A stretch of 64,000 nucleotides of DNA, taken from the NCBI GenBank assembly GCA_021794015.1, contig JAJYRQ010000003.1, positions 54,900-118,899 on the forward strand. The letters run 5' to 3'. The stretch comes from Deltaproteobacteria bacterium. Lineage in GTDB: Bacteria > Desulfobacterota > Binatia > Binatales > Binataceae. Under the pieces are notes generated by a model that was given only the letters and a program-made list of their open reading frames with translations, was not told where the DNA came from and did not search any database. Positions 17,393-26,419 of the stretch are shown here, one piece after another. Positions within the stretch are counted from its first letter, which is position 1. Every line of letters starts with the position of its first letter. A program made the position numbers and the translations under genes.

Positions 17393-18886
17393 ATGCGCTG
17401 GCTTCGAAAGGGGGCGACCGAGGGTCCGCGCCTTGTCGCCGCGCTGGGTCTTGCCACAGGCAGCACCCTGGCTGCGCTTATTATAGCGTTGTCGGCTTTG
17501 AGGCCTACTTACAACGTTCGCGGGCCACAGCCGGTGGCGCTGCAAGCGGGCCGAGCGTTCCAGCCGGAGGCCGAGCCGGCGGCCAGCGCCGCGCAACCGG
17601 CGGTAAGCGTCGAGATGACGGTGGGCGCGCCCGTCAAGGCGCAAGAGTATTTGAGGCTGCTGGGTTTACCCGCCAACGAAGCGGACCGCTGGGCCTCGGA
17701 GCTTTTCAAAGCAGCGGGCGTTAGCGTCTTTCAGCCGAACCATGCTCTGATGGTGTTGCGCGACCCGGGCAACACAAGCCTGAGGGGGTTGCGCTACGAA
17801 TTGAGCGATCGCGTGGCGGTGGTCGAGAAAGCGATCGGCGAGCACCTTGTCCGCGCCGAGCAGGAAGCGATCCGGTACAGCTTCCAACTGGTCAGCCTCG
17901 AGTTCACTGTGCGCGGCGGCTTCGGCCGGACGGCAGCGCGCGAGCACCTTCCGGCTTCCGTGGCGAGTGCGCTGGGCAAGGCGTTCGCGCATCAGTACCC
18001 GGTCCGCCGGCTGCCGGACGGAGCGGTCGTCAAGGTAATCTTTGGAGAACTGGCGAGCGCCGACTACCGGCATCGTGTCGCGACAGGACTGGAAGCTGCG
18101 GAGATAGGGTTCAAGGGGCGAAGGTGGCGGGCGTTCGCCTTTGCCGATCGCGGCAGGCGGCCGAGCTTCTATGACACGCGGGGCGAGGCGCTGGAGACGG
18201 TTGCGCTGCGCTACCCGGTTGCGTTTCGCTATGTTTCCTCGGGCTTCAGCTACCGGCGTTACCATCCGCTGCTGCACCGATACCGGCCACACCTTGGGGT
18301 CGATTTCGCCACGCGTTACGGCGCGCCGGTGCGCGCGGTCGCCGACGGCACAGTCGAGCAGGCCGGCTGGTGCGGAGAGTTGGGTCGTTGCGTCCGGGTG
18401 GCGCATGGCCGGGAGATGGTCAGCGTGTACGGCCATCTGGCCCGGATTAGCTCCGGCGTACGGCCAGGGGCTGCGGTCGCAAGCGGTCAGGTCATCGGCA
18501 AAGTGGGCTCCAGCGGTCTCTCCAGCGGCCCGCACCTGCATTTTGGCTTGCAGCGAGGCGGGCGTTTCGTCAATCCGCTAGGGCGCTACCTTGGCGCCCG
18601 GCACCGGGTTTCGCCCCGGATGCAGGCGTTGTTCGAAAATCTCAAAGCAAGGTACCTGGCGCTGCTTGGCGGGATGCCGACCAGCGGCAGTTATTTTGAG
18701 GAATCGCCGCAGCAGGCGCCTGCCCTCAAGCTGGTCTCGGGCGCAGCCGACGCGCAGCGGTCCACGAGCGGCGCCTTTTGGCTTGGACAAGGCGACCGCG
18801 CGGGCGCTCCAACGGCTGCCGGCTCCCGGCTGCGCTTCGGGGCGCATCTTCTCAGGCACCGCCGGCGAGAGAAGCGCTCTGGTTGA
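17393..18886 (+). CDS. M23 family metallopeptidase (peptidoglycan DD-endopeptidase type)
   Basis: 497-aa ORF with an N-terminal TM anchor and M23 motifs HLGVDFATRYGAPVRAVADG ... GHL ... SSGPHLHF. Confidence 0.8.
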   Translation: MRWLRKGATEGPRLVAALGLATGSTLAALIIALSALRPTYNVRGPQPVALQAGRAFQPEAEPAASAAQPAVSVEMTVGAPVKAQEYLRLLGLPANEADRWASELFKAAGVSVFQPNHALMVLRDPGNTSLRGLRYELSDRVAVVEKAIGEHLVRAEQEAIRYSFQLVSLEFTVRGGFGRTAAREHLPASVASALGKAFAHQYPVRRLPDGAVVKVIFGELASADYRHRVATGLEAAEIGFKGRRWRAFAFADRGRRPSFYDTRGEALETVALRYPVAFRYVSSGFSYRRYHPLLHRYRPHLGVDFATRYGAPVRAVADGTVEQAGWCGELGRCVRVAHGREMVSVYGHLARISSGVRPGAAVASGQVIGKVGSSGLSSGPHLHFGLQRGGRFVNPLGRYLGARHRVSPRMQALFENLKARYLALLGGMPTSGSYFEESPQQAPALKLVSGAADAQRSTSGAFWLGQGDRAGAPTAAGSRLRFGAHLLRHRRREKRSG

Positions 18887-19007
18887 GTACGAATCCCGGC
18901 GCAAGGCTCGCGCTGAACCAGAGCGCGATACGAAAACGGCTCGGCGCGCCGCGCAGCGGTTCCCGGCAGACCAACCGCGCGGGTGCACGGCCGGGACAAA
19001 CAGGCCG

Positions 19008-19820
19008 GTGGCAACTCGATTCGAGAGCTCGTTTTTCGATCTCCCTCGACCGCGCGTGATAGCGCACCGCGGCGCCAGCGCCGTTCGGCCCGAGAATACG
19101 CTGGCCGCCTTCGCCGCCGCCTGCGAAATGGGCGCGCCGTATATCGAACTTGACGTCCACATGACCGCCGACGCCGTCGTGGTGGTCTGTCACGACGCCG
19201 ATCTGCTGCGCACCGCCGGCGCGAAGATCGCGATCGCGCAAACCGCCCTCGAAGCGGTGCGCCGCGCCGACGTCGGGGCGACCTTCAGCGCTGACGGCGA
19301 GCACTATCCCTTTCGCGGCCAGGGCCTTAAGGTCCCCACCCTGGCCGAGGTCCTTGCCGCGTGGCCCGACCGCCGTTTCGTGGTCGAAATCAAGCAGACC
19401 GCGCCGAGTCTTGTTGCCCCGCTGCTCGAGGTGGTGGAAAGCCTGCACATGACCGACAAGGTGCTGATCGCCAGCGAGCATCAGGAGCCGCTCGACGAGT
19501 TGCGCGCGCTGGCGCCCGCGGTTCCGACCAACTTTTCACGCTTCGAGGTCGCCCGCTTCATGCAGGCGCTGGCGGCAGGCCAGACGGATTTCCGTCCTCC
19601 CGGCCAGGCGCTCCAGGTGCCGCCCTCCTACGAGGGCTTTGCCCTGGTAACTCCGGCAAGCGTTGACTTCGCCCACCGCCTGGGCGTCGAGGTCGATGTC
19701 TGGACCGTCAACGAGGTTGACGAAATGAAGGCCATGCTCGCGCTGGGCGCGGACGGAATCATCACCGATTGTCCCGACCGGATGTTCGGCTTGTTGGCAG
19801 GGCGCGCAGAACGTTGCTGA
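19008..19820 (+). CDS. Glycerophosphodiester phosphodiesterase family protein
   Basis: VIAHRGASAVRPENTLAAF ... YIELDVHMTADAVVVVCHD ... DGIITDCPD. The track ORF starts at 18591, but its first ~139 codons overlap the M23 gene and look non-coding. GTG at 19008 is proposed as the start. Confidence 0.75.
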   Translation: MATRFESSFFDLPRPRVIAHRGASAVRPENTLAAFAAACEMGAPYIELDVHMTADAVVVVCHDADLLRTAGAKIAIAQTALEAVRRADVGATFSADGEHYPFRGQGLKVPTLAEVLAAWPDRRFVVEIKQTAPSLVAPLLEVVESLHMTDKVLIASEHQEPLDELRALAPAVPTNFSRFEVARFMQALAAGQTDFRPPGQALQVPPSYEGFALVTPASVDFAHRLGVEVDVWTVNEVDEMKAMLALGADGIITDCPDRMFGLLAGRAERC

Positions 19821-19912
19821 GCAATCCCGCGGCCCGGCAAGACACCTGACGCAGACCGAGCGCGGGGCAATTTGCCGGGCGGCGCAACCGATTCTTTCTT
19901 GAGGGAAAAGAA

Positions 19913-20938
19913 ATGAAACTCGACAGGGGCCTTTGGACGCGGTCGCTGGCCGAGGTGCCGGCGACCGCGCGCGAGAGCGAACAGCTTGGCTTCGACGCGC
20001 TCTGGGTACAGGAAGCCGGAAATGACCCGTTCTTGGCCTCGGCCATTGCCGCCGAGCACACCGAGCGGGTCAAGGTAGGCACCGCGGTGGCGATTGCTTT
20101 TCCGCGCAGCCCGATGGTGACCGCGTGCGCGGCCTGGGACTTGGCGCGGTTGGCCCGCGGGCGCTTCATCCTGGGCCTCGGCACGCAGGTAAAGGGACAC
20201 ATCGAACGCCGCTACGCCACGCGCTGGGAGAAGCCGGTAGCCAAGCTTAGGGAGTACGTCGAGGCGCTGCGGGCCATTTTTAGCTGTTTCGCTGCCGGGG
20301 GGCGTAAGCTTTCCTACCAGGGCAAATTCTACAACTTTTCTTTGATGACGCCGTTTTTCGCCCCGGAAGTTCATGACTACTCGCGGATTCCCATCTACGT
20401 GGCCGGGGTCAACGACCGCATCTGCGAGTTGGCCGGCGAGCTATGCGAAGGGCTTCACGCTCACCCGTTCCATTCGGCGAAGTATCTACGGGAGTTTGTC
20501 CTGCCTCACGTGGCCAAGGGCCTCGCCCGTTCGGGCCGCCAGCGCAGCGATTTCACCATTGCGACCAGTGTCTTCGTCGTGACCGGCCGCAGCCCGGAGG
20601 AGCTGGAGCGGGCGAAGGCCGCCGTGCGCCAGCAGATCGCCTTTTACGCCTCGACCCGGACCTATGCGGTGGTGCTCGAGACCCACGGCTGGAACGACCT
20701 GCCGCTGCGGCTCAACGCGATGGCGGCGCGGGGGCAGTGGGACTCGATGGGCCGCGAGATAACCGACGAAATGCTCGAGGCGTATGCCGTAAGCGGGACG
20801 CCCGACGACATCGGTCCCAGGATAAAGGCGCGCTACGAGGGCCTGGTCGATCGCCTCGCGTTGTACATCCCGTATCCCAGCCCCCTCAACGCGGGCCAAT
20901 GGCGCGAGCTTGCCGCCTGGTTCAACGGCGCCTCTTGA
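19913..20938 (+). CDS. Luciferase-like monooxygenase (LLM) class, probably F420-dependent oxidoreductase
   Basis: 341-aa ORF: GFDALWVQEAGNDPF ... VKVGTAVAIAFPRSPM ... RFILGLGTQVKGHIERRY, typical of the LLM/F420 TIGR03617-like pattern (from memory). Confidence 0.8.
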   Translation: MKLDRGLWTRSLAEVPATARESEQLGFDALWVQEAGNDPFLASAIAAEHTERVKVGTAVAIAFPRSPMVTACAAWDLARLARGRFILGLGTQVKGHIERRYATRWEKPVAKLREYVEALRAIFSCFAAGGRKLSYQGKFYNFSLMTPFFAPEVHDYSRIPIYVAGVNDRICELAGELCEGLHAHPFHSAKYLREFVLPHVAKGLARSGRQRSDFTIATSVFVVTGRSPEELERAKAAVRQQIAFYASTRTYAVVLETHGWNDLPLRLNAMAARGQWDSMGREITDEMLEAYAVSGTPDDIGPRIKARYEGLVDRLALYIPYPSPLNAGQWRELAAWFNGAS

Positions 20939-20974
20939 GGCTGCATATTATAGTGACACTCTCAGCACTAGCGA

Positions 20975-21800
20975 GCTGGCCGGCCTGCCATCCGCGTACT
21001 TGGCTGCTGCGCCGGGCGCCCCTCCGGCCAGCGCAATCCGGGATTCCTCGCGCGCGGCCACTGCGTGGCGGCTGGCTCGGGTGTCGAAAGGTCGCGTAAC
21101 GCGGCCTCGCCATCTGCTGCCATGCAATGGCTTGGCGCACCAGGGGTCCCGGCGCGGTCCGGGCAGGCGCGGCCACCGCCTGCCAATCACAGAGACCGCG
21201 CCGCGTGGTGTCAGCCGAATCCCGCCCCCCTCACCTTGCTCCTCTCCCCCCAAGGGGAGAGGAAGAGAAAGCAGAGCACGCGTCCCCGACCAGCGGGAGC
21301 GCAATGCCGCGTAACGCGGCCTCGCCATCTGCTGCCATGCAATGGCCTGGCGCACCAGGGGTCCCGGCGCGGTCCGGGCAGGCGCGGCCACCGCCTGCCA
21401 ATCACAGAGACCGCGCCGCGTGGTGTCGGCCGAATCCCGCCCCCCTCACCTTGCTCCTCTCCCCCCAAGGGGAGAGGAGCGGAAAAGAGGGCGCTCACCC
21501 CACTTTTGTCATTCCCGCGCGCGGCGCTGACCGCGCGACCGCGTCTCGACCAGCGGGAGCGCAATACCCAGTGCGTTTTCCCTGCTGCCACGCAGTGGCC
21601 GCGCGCGAGGCCTGCCCCGAGCCCTGCCGAGGGGAATCCCGGGCTCCGCTGCCGCAGCGAACGCAAGACCCCAGCATTCTTCGCGCGGCAGACGCCGTCT
21701 TCGGCGTCCCTTCGGCAGGCTCATGGGGCAGGCTCTAAGGGCCGTCGAGGGACCCTCTGCGCACGCGGGAATGACAGAGGTGGCGCGTCTTTGCGCAACG
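20975..21800. repeat. Intergenic array of REP/MITE-like modules
   Basis: Contains modules shared with 4511-4980 and the prophage spacers: ctgccatgcaatggc, ccagcgggagcgcaatgcc, ttgtcattcccgcgcg, cgcgggaatgacagag, and the hairpin ctctccccccaaggggagagg. Confidence 0.8.
21093..21478. repeat. Tandem direct duplication, 171-bp unit with 215-bp period
   Basis: By eye, 21093-21263 and 21308-21478 differ at only 2 positions (cttggc/cctggc and tcagcc/tcggcc). Confidence 0.9.
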
Positions 21801-21914
21801 GGTGTAACGATATCCTGCACTTCTCAATAAGGACGCCCACCGCCTGTGAGCGTGAGAGCCCAGGCTGACACGCAGTTGAGGCGCAGCCTACAACCGCCCG
21901 CGCTCGCCCGGGTT

Positions 21915-24167
21915 CTAGGGCGCGAGGTAAAGTTGGCGCACCTGCTCGACCTCGGGACCGTTCGCCTTCCAGTCGCGCTCCAATTGTTCCCGCTGTCTCG
22001 GGGTCAGGTCCCAGGAGAGCGGACCCTGGTGCCCGGGCGCAAAGACCACGGTGCTTACCAGACCCGGGTACTCGTCGTGGAGCAGCCGCTCGGCAAGGTC
22101 GTTGCGCGCCAACTCGATCGGCGTGCGCGTGTTGATTAGCGCCTCGATGGGGCTCAGCAACTCGTGCGCCCAGCCACTGTGATGCTCGCTTTCAGCCGGC
22201 ACGAGGTAGTCGGCCTTGGTCGCCGCCTCGCGCTCGGCGCGTAGCTGTATGATGATCACGTGGCGCAGCCGCTGGTGGTTGTCCTTAAGCACTCGCCTGA
22301 GCCACTCGACGGCGACCCAGACGCCGTAATTGTCGAAGTACCCTCCGTCGGCGACGTGTTCCTGGAGCACGCCGGTGCTCCCGTCCTCCTGGGCAACGTC
22401 GCCGGTCTCCTCGCTCACGTAGCGTGCCCGGGCTGCGGGGCTGATGTAGGGGAAAGCCGCCGACATGCGCACCGCGGTCACCACCGAAATGTCGGCACCC
22501 GGGTAGGCCCCCTCTCCGAACAGCAGCGCCTCCGGCACGTTTTTGAGCGGCAGCATGGTAGTGCTGAAAAGCAGCGCCTGACCCGAATCCACGAAAGTGG
22601 CGTTGAAGACGGTTGCCGGGAGCCAGCCTTCGGCGACCGCCCGGGTCCACTGCGAAAGCCGGGTATCCATCGGCCGCCGGCCTCCATCCTTCCACGGGAA
22701 GGCCCAGCGCCAGACCTGCTCGAGCGCCCATCCGCGGTCTAACGTTCTCTCTTTGATCCACGGGAACAGAAGGCGTATCCCGTCAGGATAGGCCAGCGCC
22801 CAGGCCGTCGCTCCATGCTCGGAGGTCTCCGCCGCGCGCAGGGCCTCGGAAAGCTCCTCCTCATCGGGCGCGTCATGGTTGCGGAAGTAGGATTCTACGA
22901 AGTCAAAGGCGCCCACCGACCCTCCCGATGTCGCGCTGATAAGCGCGATCGCCCGGCTGAAATCGGGACCCAGCTCGCGTTGCAGGCCGACCAGCACCCG
23001 CGCCGTCCAGGCGGTCGCCTGGATGCCGCCCCCGCTGGCGCATACGACGACCATCACCGGCTTGCGCCCCTGCGGCTGGCGTTCGAACCAGCCTTGAACG
23101 ACCTGCCTGGTCGGCACCGGCGTTTGCACGGTATTGGGATCGCCCGTCTCGACCGGCGAGAATATTCGGAAGTAGTGATCGTTGCCGGCCCAGCTATAGC
23201 TGAACCACGAAAACATCACCAGCATCAGCAGCACCGGCGCCCGATACCGATCGAAGAAAAAGGCAACCGCCGAAAGCAACAAGGTCGCCAGCAAAAGCGA
23301 GTACTCAAGGTAAACCAGCGCCGGCCATAGCTCCCGAGCCTCGCCATGGAGCAGATAGTACCGCCCGGAAAAAAAACTCCACAGCCAAAAACAGCCGAGC
23401 ACAAGCAGGAAGCAAAACGCCGCCACGTGCTCGGGAAAGGGCCGGCCGGTCTCCTCGTTCAGGTAACCGGGACCCAGCGCGCCCAGCATCGCCGCCCAGC
23501 GCGGCATGGAACTCCGCGAACGCTTGGTCAGCATCTGCGGGAGCCACCGCTCCGGCAGCAACACGCCGCACATCCGCGTCCGGTCTTCGGCCGGAACGAT
23601 TGCTCCGTACAGCACGGTGGCCGCCCACAGGATGACCACCGCGGCACCCGCGCCGAGCACAACTCCCAGGATGACCCATTGGTGGTTCGACTCGGCGCTA
23701 AGGCACAGACGCACCGCCAGCGGCAGCGCAGGCAGCGAGAAGAAGACGAACCGATGGCGGCAAAGTACCAGCCGCGCCCGGGTCACCCGCTGGATAAACG
23801 GCTGGTGCTTGTCCACCTCCTCGAACCGTTCCGGACCTAGCGTAAGAACCACCATCACCGCGGTCATGCAGAGCCAGCAACCGGTAAGCGCCAGGCAGGT
23901 AACGTACAACGGCTGGATCGCGTTGTCGAAGACCATCAGGTTGGAAAACATCCGCGGCGCGACCCAGACCACCACGGTAGGAATGGCCACCAGCGCCACG
24001 AAGAAAGAAAGCTGAAAGCGGAGGAAAAACAGGTAGCGCAGAAGCGGCGGCGCTACCCTGTCCCACGACCGGACCGCTTGCCCAAGCCTGTCCGCCAGAT
24101 GCTGGATTAAATCGCCCAGCAGCCGGCGAACGCTCCCCACGCCGGCGGTGTCGGACGGGATTGCCAC
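21915..24167 (-). CDS. Polytopic membrane domain fused to patatin-like phospholipase domain
   Basis: 750-aa ORF. The N-terminal ~370 aa has multiple hydrophobic helices. The C-terminal half has VVVCASGGGIQATAW (oxyanion G-G-G-x), ISATSGGSVGA (nucleophile elbow, A-x-S-x-G variant) and ADGGYFDNYG (D-G-G catalytic Asp). Confidence 0.75.
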   Translation of the reverse strand: MAIPSDTAGVGSVRRLLGDLIQHLADRLGQAVRSWDRVAPPLLRYLFFLRFQLSFFVALVAIPTVVVWVAPRMFSNLMVFDNAIQPLYVTCLALTGCWLCMTAVMVVLTLGPERFEEVDKHQPFIQRVTRARLVLCRHRFVFFSLPALPLAVRLCLSAESNHQWVILGVVLGAGAAVVILWAATVLYGAIVPAEDRTRMCGVLLPERWLPQMLTKRSRSSMPRWAAMLGALGPGYLNEETGRPFPEHVAAFCFLLVLGCFWLWSFFSGRYYLLHGEARELWPALVYLEYSLLLATLLLSAVAFFFDRYRAPVLLMLVMFSWFSYSWAGNDHYFRIFSPVETGDPNTVQTPVPTRQVVQGWFERQPQGRKPVMVVVCASGGGIQATAWTARVLVGLQRELGPDFSRAIALISATSGGSVGAFDFVESYFRNHDAPDEEELSEALRAAETSEHGATAWALAYPDGIRLLFPWIKERTLDRGWALEQVWRWAFPWKDGGRRPMDTRLSQWTRAVAEGWLPATVFNATFVDSGQALLFSTTMLPLKNVPEALLFGEGAYPGADISVVTAVRMSAAFPYISPAARARYVSEETGDVAQEDGSTGVLQEHVADGGYFDNYGVWVAVEWLRRVLKDNHQRLRHVIIIQLRAEREAATKADYLVPAESEHHSGWAHELLSPIEALINTRTPIELARNDLAERLLHDEYPGLVSTVVFAPGHQGPLSWDLTPRQREQLERDWKANGPEVEQVRQLYLAP

Positions 24168-24294
24168 GGCAATAGACCAAGCATCATATTAGCCCGCCGG
24201 CCTGCCCCTTTGAAACAACCGCGCCCGGACCGTCGCGCCCCGTCGCCTGGCGGCGTCCGGCACCCCGACCGCCCCAAGCGCCACCCGCCCGGCG

Positions 24295-25539
24295 CTACTC
24301 GTACTTACGAATGTCGTCGATTACCTTGCCGTCGTTGGGCAGGGCGCCGGGCGGCGTGAGCAGGACTTCGCAGCGGAGCTTGCAGACCTCGCGGAAGGCG
24401 GCGGCGATGGCGCGCTTAAGTTCCTCGCCCGCCCCATCCTTGACCTCGCAGCGCAGCGTGGCGGCGTCCTGGTGCTCGACGCTGTCGATGACCAGGCGCG
24501 CCTTGACAATCTGCGGATGGCGGCGAACGACCTCGGCGATCTGTGCGGGGCGTACGAACATGCCGCGCAGCTTGGCCGTCTGGTCGGCGCGTCCCATCCA
24601 GCCCCGGATGCGCGGCGCGGTGCGGCCGCAGGGGCTTGGCCCGGGCAGCAACGCGGAGAGGTCGCCCGTGCCGAAGCGGAAGAGCGGGTAGTCGGGATTA
24701 AGCACGCTTACCACCACCTCGCCGACCTCGCCCGGCTCAACCGGGTCGCCCGTCCCGGGACGGACAAGCTCCAGGATGACGCCTTCGTCCACGATCATGC
24801 CTTCCCGGGCAGGCGATTCGTAGGCGATTAGGCCGGCATCCGCCGTCGCGTAGCACTGCAGCACCGAGACTTTGCGGCCTGCAAGCTCGGCGCGCAAGCC
24901 GGCCGGCAGAGCCTCGCCGCTCACTAGCGCCTTGGCGAGCGAACTCAGGTCGGCGCCCGTTTCCTGCGCCTTGTCGAAGAGGATCTTCAGGAAGGACGGC
25001 GTCCCAACGTAGACGCTCGGCCTTAGGTCAGCGATGGTCTTAACCTGCAGCTCGCTCTGGCCGACACCGCCCGGAATCACGGTGCAGCCAAGTGCGCGGG
25101 CGCCTTCTTCGAACATCGCGCCGCCGGGCGTCAGGTGATAGGAGAAACCGTTGTGGACGAACTCGCCCGAGCGGATGCCGGCGGCATACAGCGCGCGCGC
25201 CAGCCGCCAGTGATCGGGGCCTGCGCCTTCCGGATCATAGACGGGCCCCGGCGAAACGAAGACCCGGCGCAGCCGGGCGGGCGCCGTCGTGGTCAGGCCG
25301 CCAAAGGGCATGCCGGCGCGCTGCAGATCGCCCAACTCGGACTTGCGCGTGACGGGCAAGGCCGCCAGCGCCTTGCGGTCAGCGATAATGGCGGGATCGA
25401 CGCCCTGGAGAATCCGAGCCCAGCCGGGCGCCTTGGCCTTGGCGGCGCCGAGCAGTGCCCGCAGCGCCGCAAACTGTTCGCGCTCGCGCCGCTCGGGGTC
25501 GCGGGTCTCGAGCGCGTCATAGTACGGAGCATCAGCCAT
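24295..25539 (-). CDS. Phenylacetate-CoA ligase-like (PaaK / F390 synthetase family) adenylate-forming enzyme
   Basis: 414-aa ORF starting MADAPYYDALETRDPERRE. It has the typical PaaK-family layout, with SGEALP ... YATADAG ... FGTGDL, and sits at the end of the Liv-type ABC operon. Confidence 0.8.
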   Translation of the reverse strand: MADAPYYDALETRDPERREREQFAALRALLGAAKAKAPGWARILQGVDPAIIADRKALAALPVTRKSELGDLQRAGMPFGGLTTTAPARLRRVFVSPGPVYDPEGAGPDHWRLARALYAAGIRSGEFVHNGFSYHLTPGGAMFEEGARALGCTVIPGGVGQSELQVKTIADLRPSVYVGTPSFLKILFDKAQETGADLSSLAKALVSGEALPAGLRAELAGRKVSVLQCYATADAGLIAYESPAREGMIVDEGVILELVRPGTGDPVEPGEVGEVVVSVLNPDYPLFRFGTGDLSALLPGPSPCGRTAPRIRGWMGRADQTAKLRGMFVRPAQIAEVVRRHPQIVKARLVIDSVEHQDAATLRCEVKDGAGEELKRAIAAAFREVCKLRCEVLLTPPGALPNDGKVIDDIRKYE

Positions 25540-25569
25540 TTGGCACCCGTGGGCGCGGCGCCGGCAAAC

Positions 25570-26382
25570 TTACGCCAGCCAGCGCTTGCGCCGTTTATAG
25601 TGCTTCCCCTCGCGGTAGCTCAGCCGCCGTTCGCCGGCCAGCCCAAGGTAGAATTCCTTGACGTCGGCGTTTTCGCGCAACGCTTGCGCGGGGCCGTCGA
25701 GCACGATGCGCCCGTTCTCCAGGATGTAGCCGTAACGGGCATGGCGCAGGGCGAGATTGGTATTCTGTTCGGCGAGCAGCACGGAAACGCCCTGCTCGGC
25801 GTTGAGCCGGTCCACGATCGCGAAAATCTCCTCGACCAGTTGCGGCGCCAGCCCCATCGACGGCTCGTCCAACAGCATCAGCTTCGGCCGCGACATCAGG
25901 GCCCGGCCGATGGCGACCATCTGCTGCTCGCCTCCGGAAATGTAGCCCGCCAGGGAGCGCCGGCGCCGCTTAAGCGAAGGGAAGTAGTGATAGACGCGGT
26001 CGAGGTCCTCGCCAACGCTCGTGCGCCCCGCCCGGCGGGCAAAGGCGCCTGTCAGGAGGTTGTCCTCGACCGTCAGATGCTCGAAGCAGTGGCGTCCCTC
26101 CATCACCTGGATGACGCCTCGGCGCACCACCTGGTGCGGCATCAACCGGTCCAGGCGCTCGCCCTCGAACTCGACGGTGCCCTTGGTGACCTGGCCGCGC
26201 TCGGCCTTGAGCAGGTTCGAGATCGCCTTGAGCGTGGTGCTCTTGCCGGCGCCGTTGCCGCCGAGCAGCGCGACGATTCCGCCGCGCGCCACCTCCAGCG
26301 AGACGCCCTTTAGCACGAGGATTACGTGGTCGTAAATGACCTCTATGTTGTTGACCCTTAGCAGGGGTCCATCGCCCGCCAC
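25570..26382 (-). CDS. livF: Branched-chain amino acid-type ABC transporter ATP-binding protein (LivF-like)
   Basis: Walker A GGNGAGKSTT, signature SGGEQQM, Walker B LMLLDEPS. Confidence 0.88.
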   Translation of the reverse strand: MAGDGPLLRVNNIEVIYDHVILVLKGVSLEVARGGIVALLGGNGAGKSTTLKAISNLLKAERGQVTKGTVEFEGERLDRLMPHQVVRRGVIQVMEGRHCFEHLTVEDNLLTGAFARRAGRTSVGEDLDRVYHYFPSLKRRRRSLAGYISGGEQQMVAIGRALMSRPKLMLLDEPSMGLAPQLVEEIFAIVDRLNAEQGVSVLLAEQNTNLALRHARYGYILENGRIVLDGPAQALRENADVKEFYLGLAGERRLSYREGKHYKRRKRWLA

Positions 26383-26419
26383 GGCACCGTCTCTCCAGCC
26401 TAAGCGCAGGCTTTGGCTG

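Noticed and set aside
18591-19007. N-terminal extensions in the ORF track for GDPD (18591). The same applies to PAS (39882), AlkA-like (40791), apt (37908), pcm (36363), SBP (27970) and the FAD oxidoreductase (34721).
   Set aside because: The extensions overlap neighbouring genes or look non-coding. Internal starts coincide with RBS-like sequences and with the points where family-typical sequence begins.
21093-21478. Possible CRISPR array, because of regularly spaced identical sequence
   Set aside because: There are only two long (171-bp) units with a 215-bp period and a 44-bp spacer. No 25-40-bp repeat/spacer alternation exists, and no cas genes are in the window.
20948-21868. Multiple 130-270-aa ORFs on both strands in the 21-kb repeat array (for example 21065..21868 and 20948..21391)
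   Set aside because: Their sequences are translated repeat modules that recur verbatim (the tandem duplication yields duplicated peptides). No start or RBS context is present, and the same peptides appear wherever the repeats occur.
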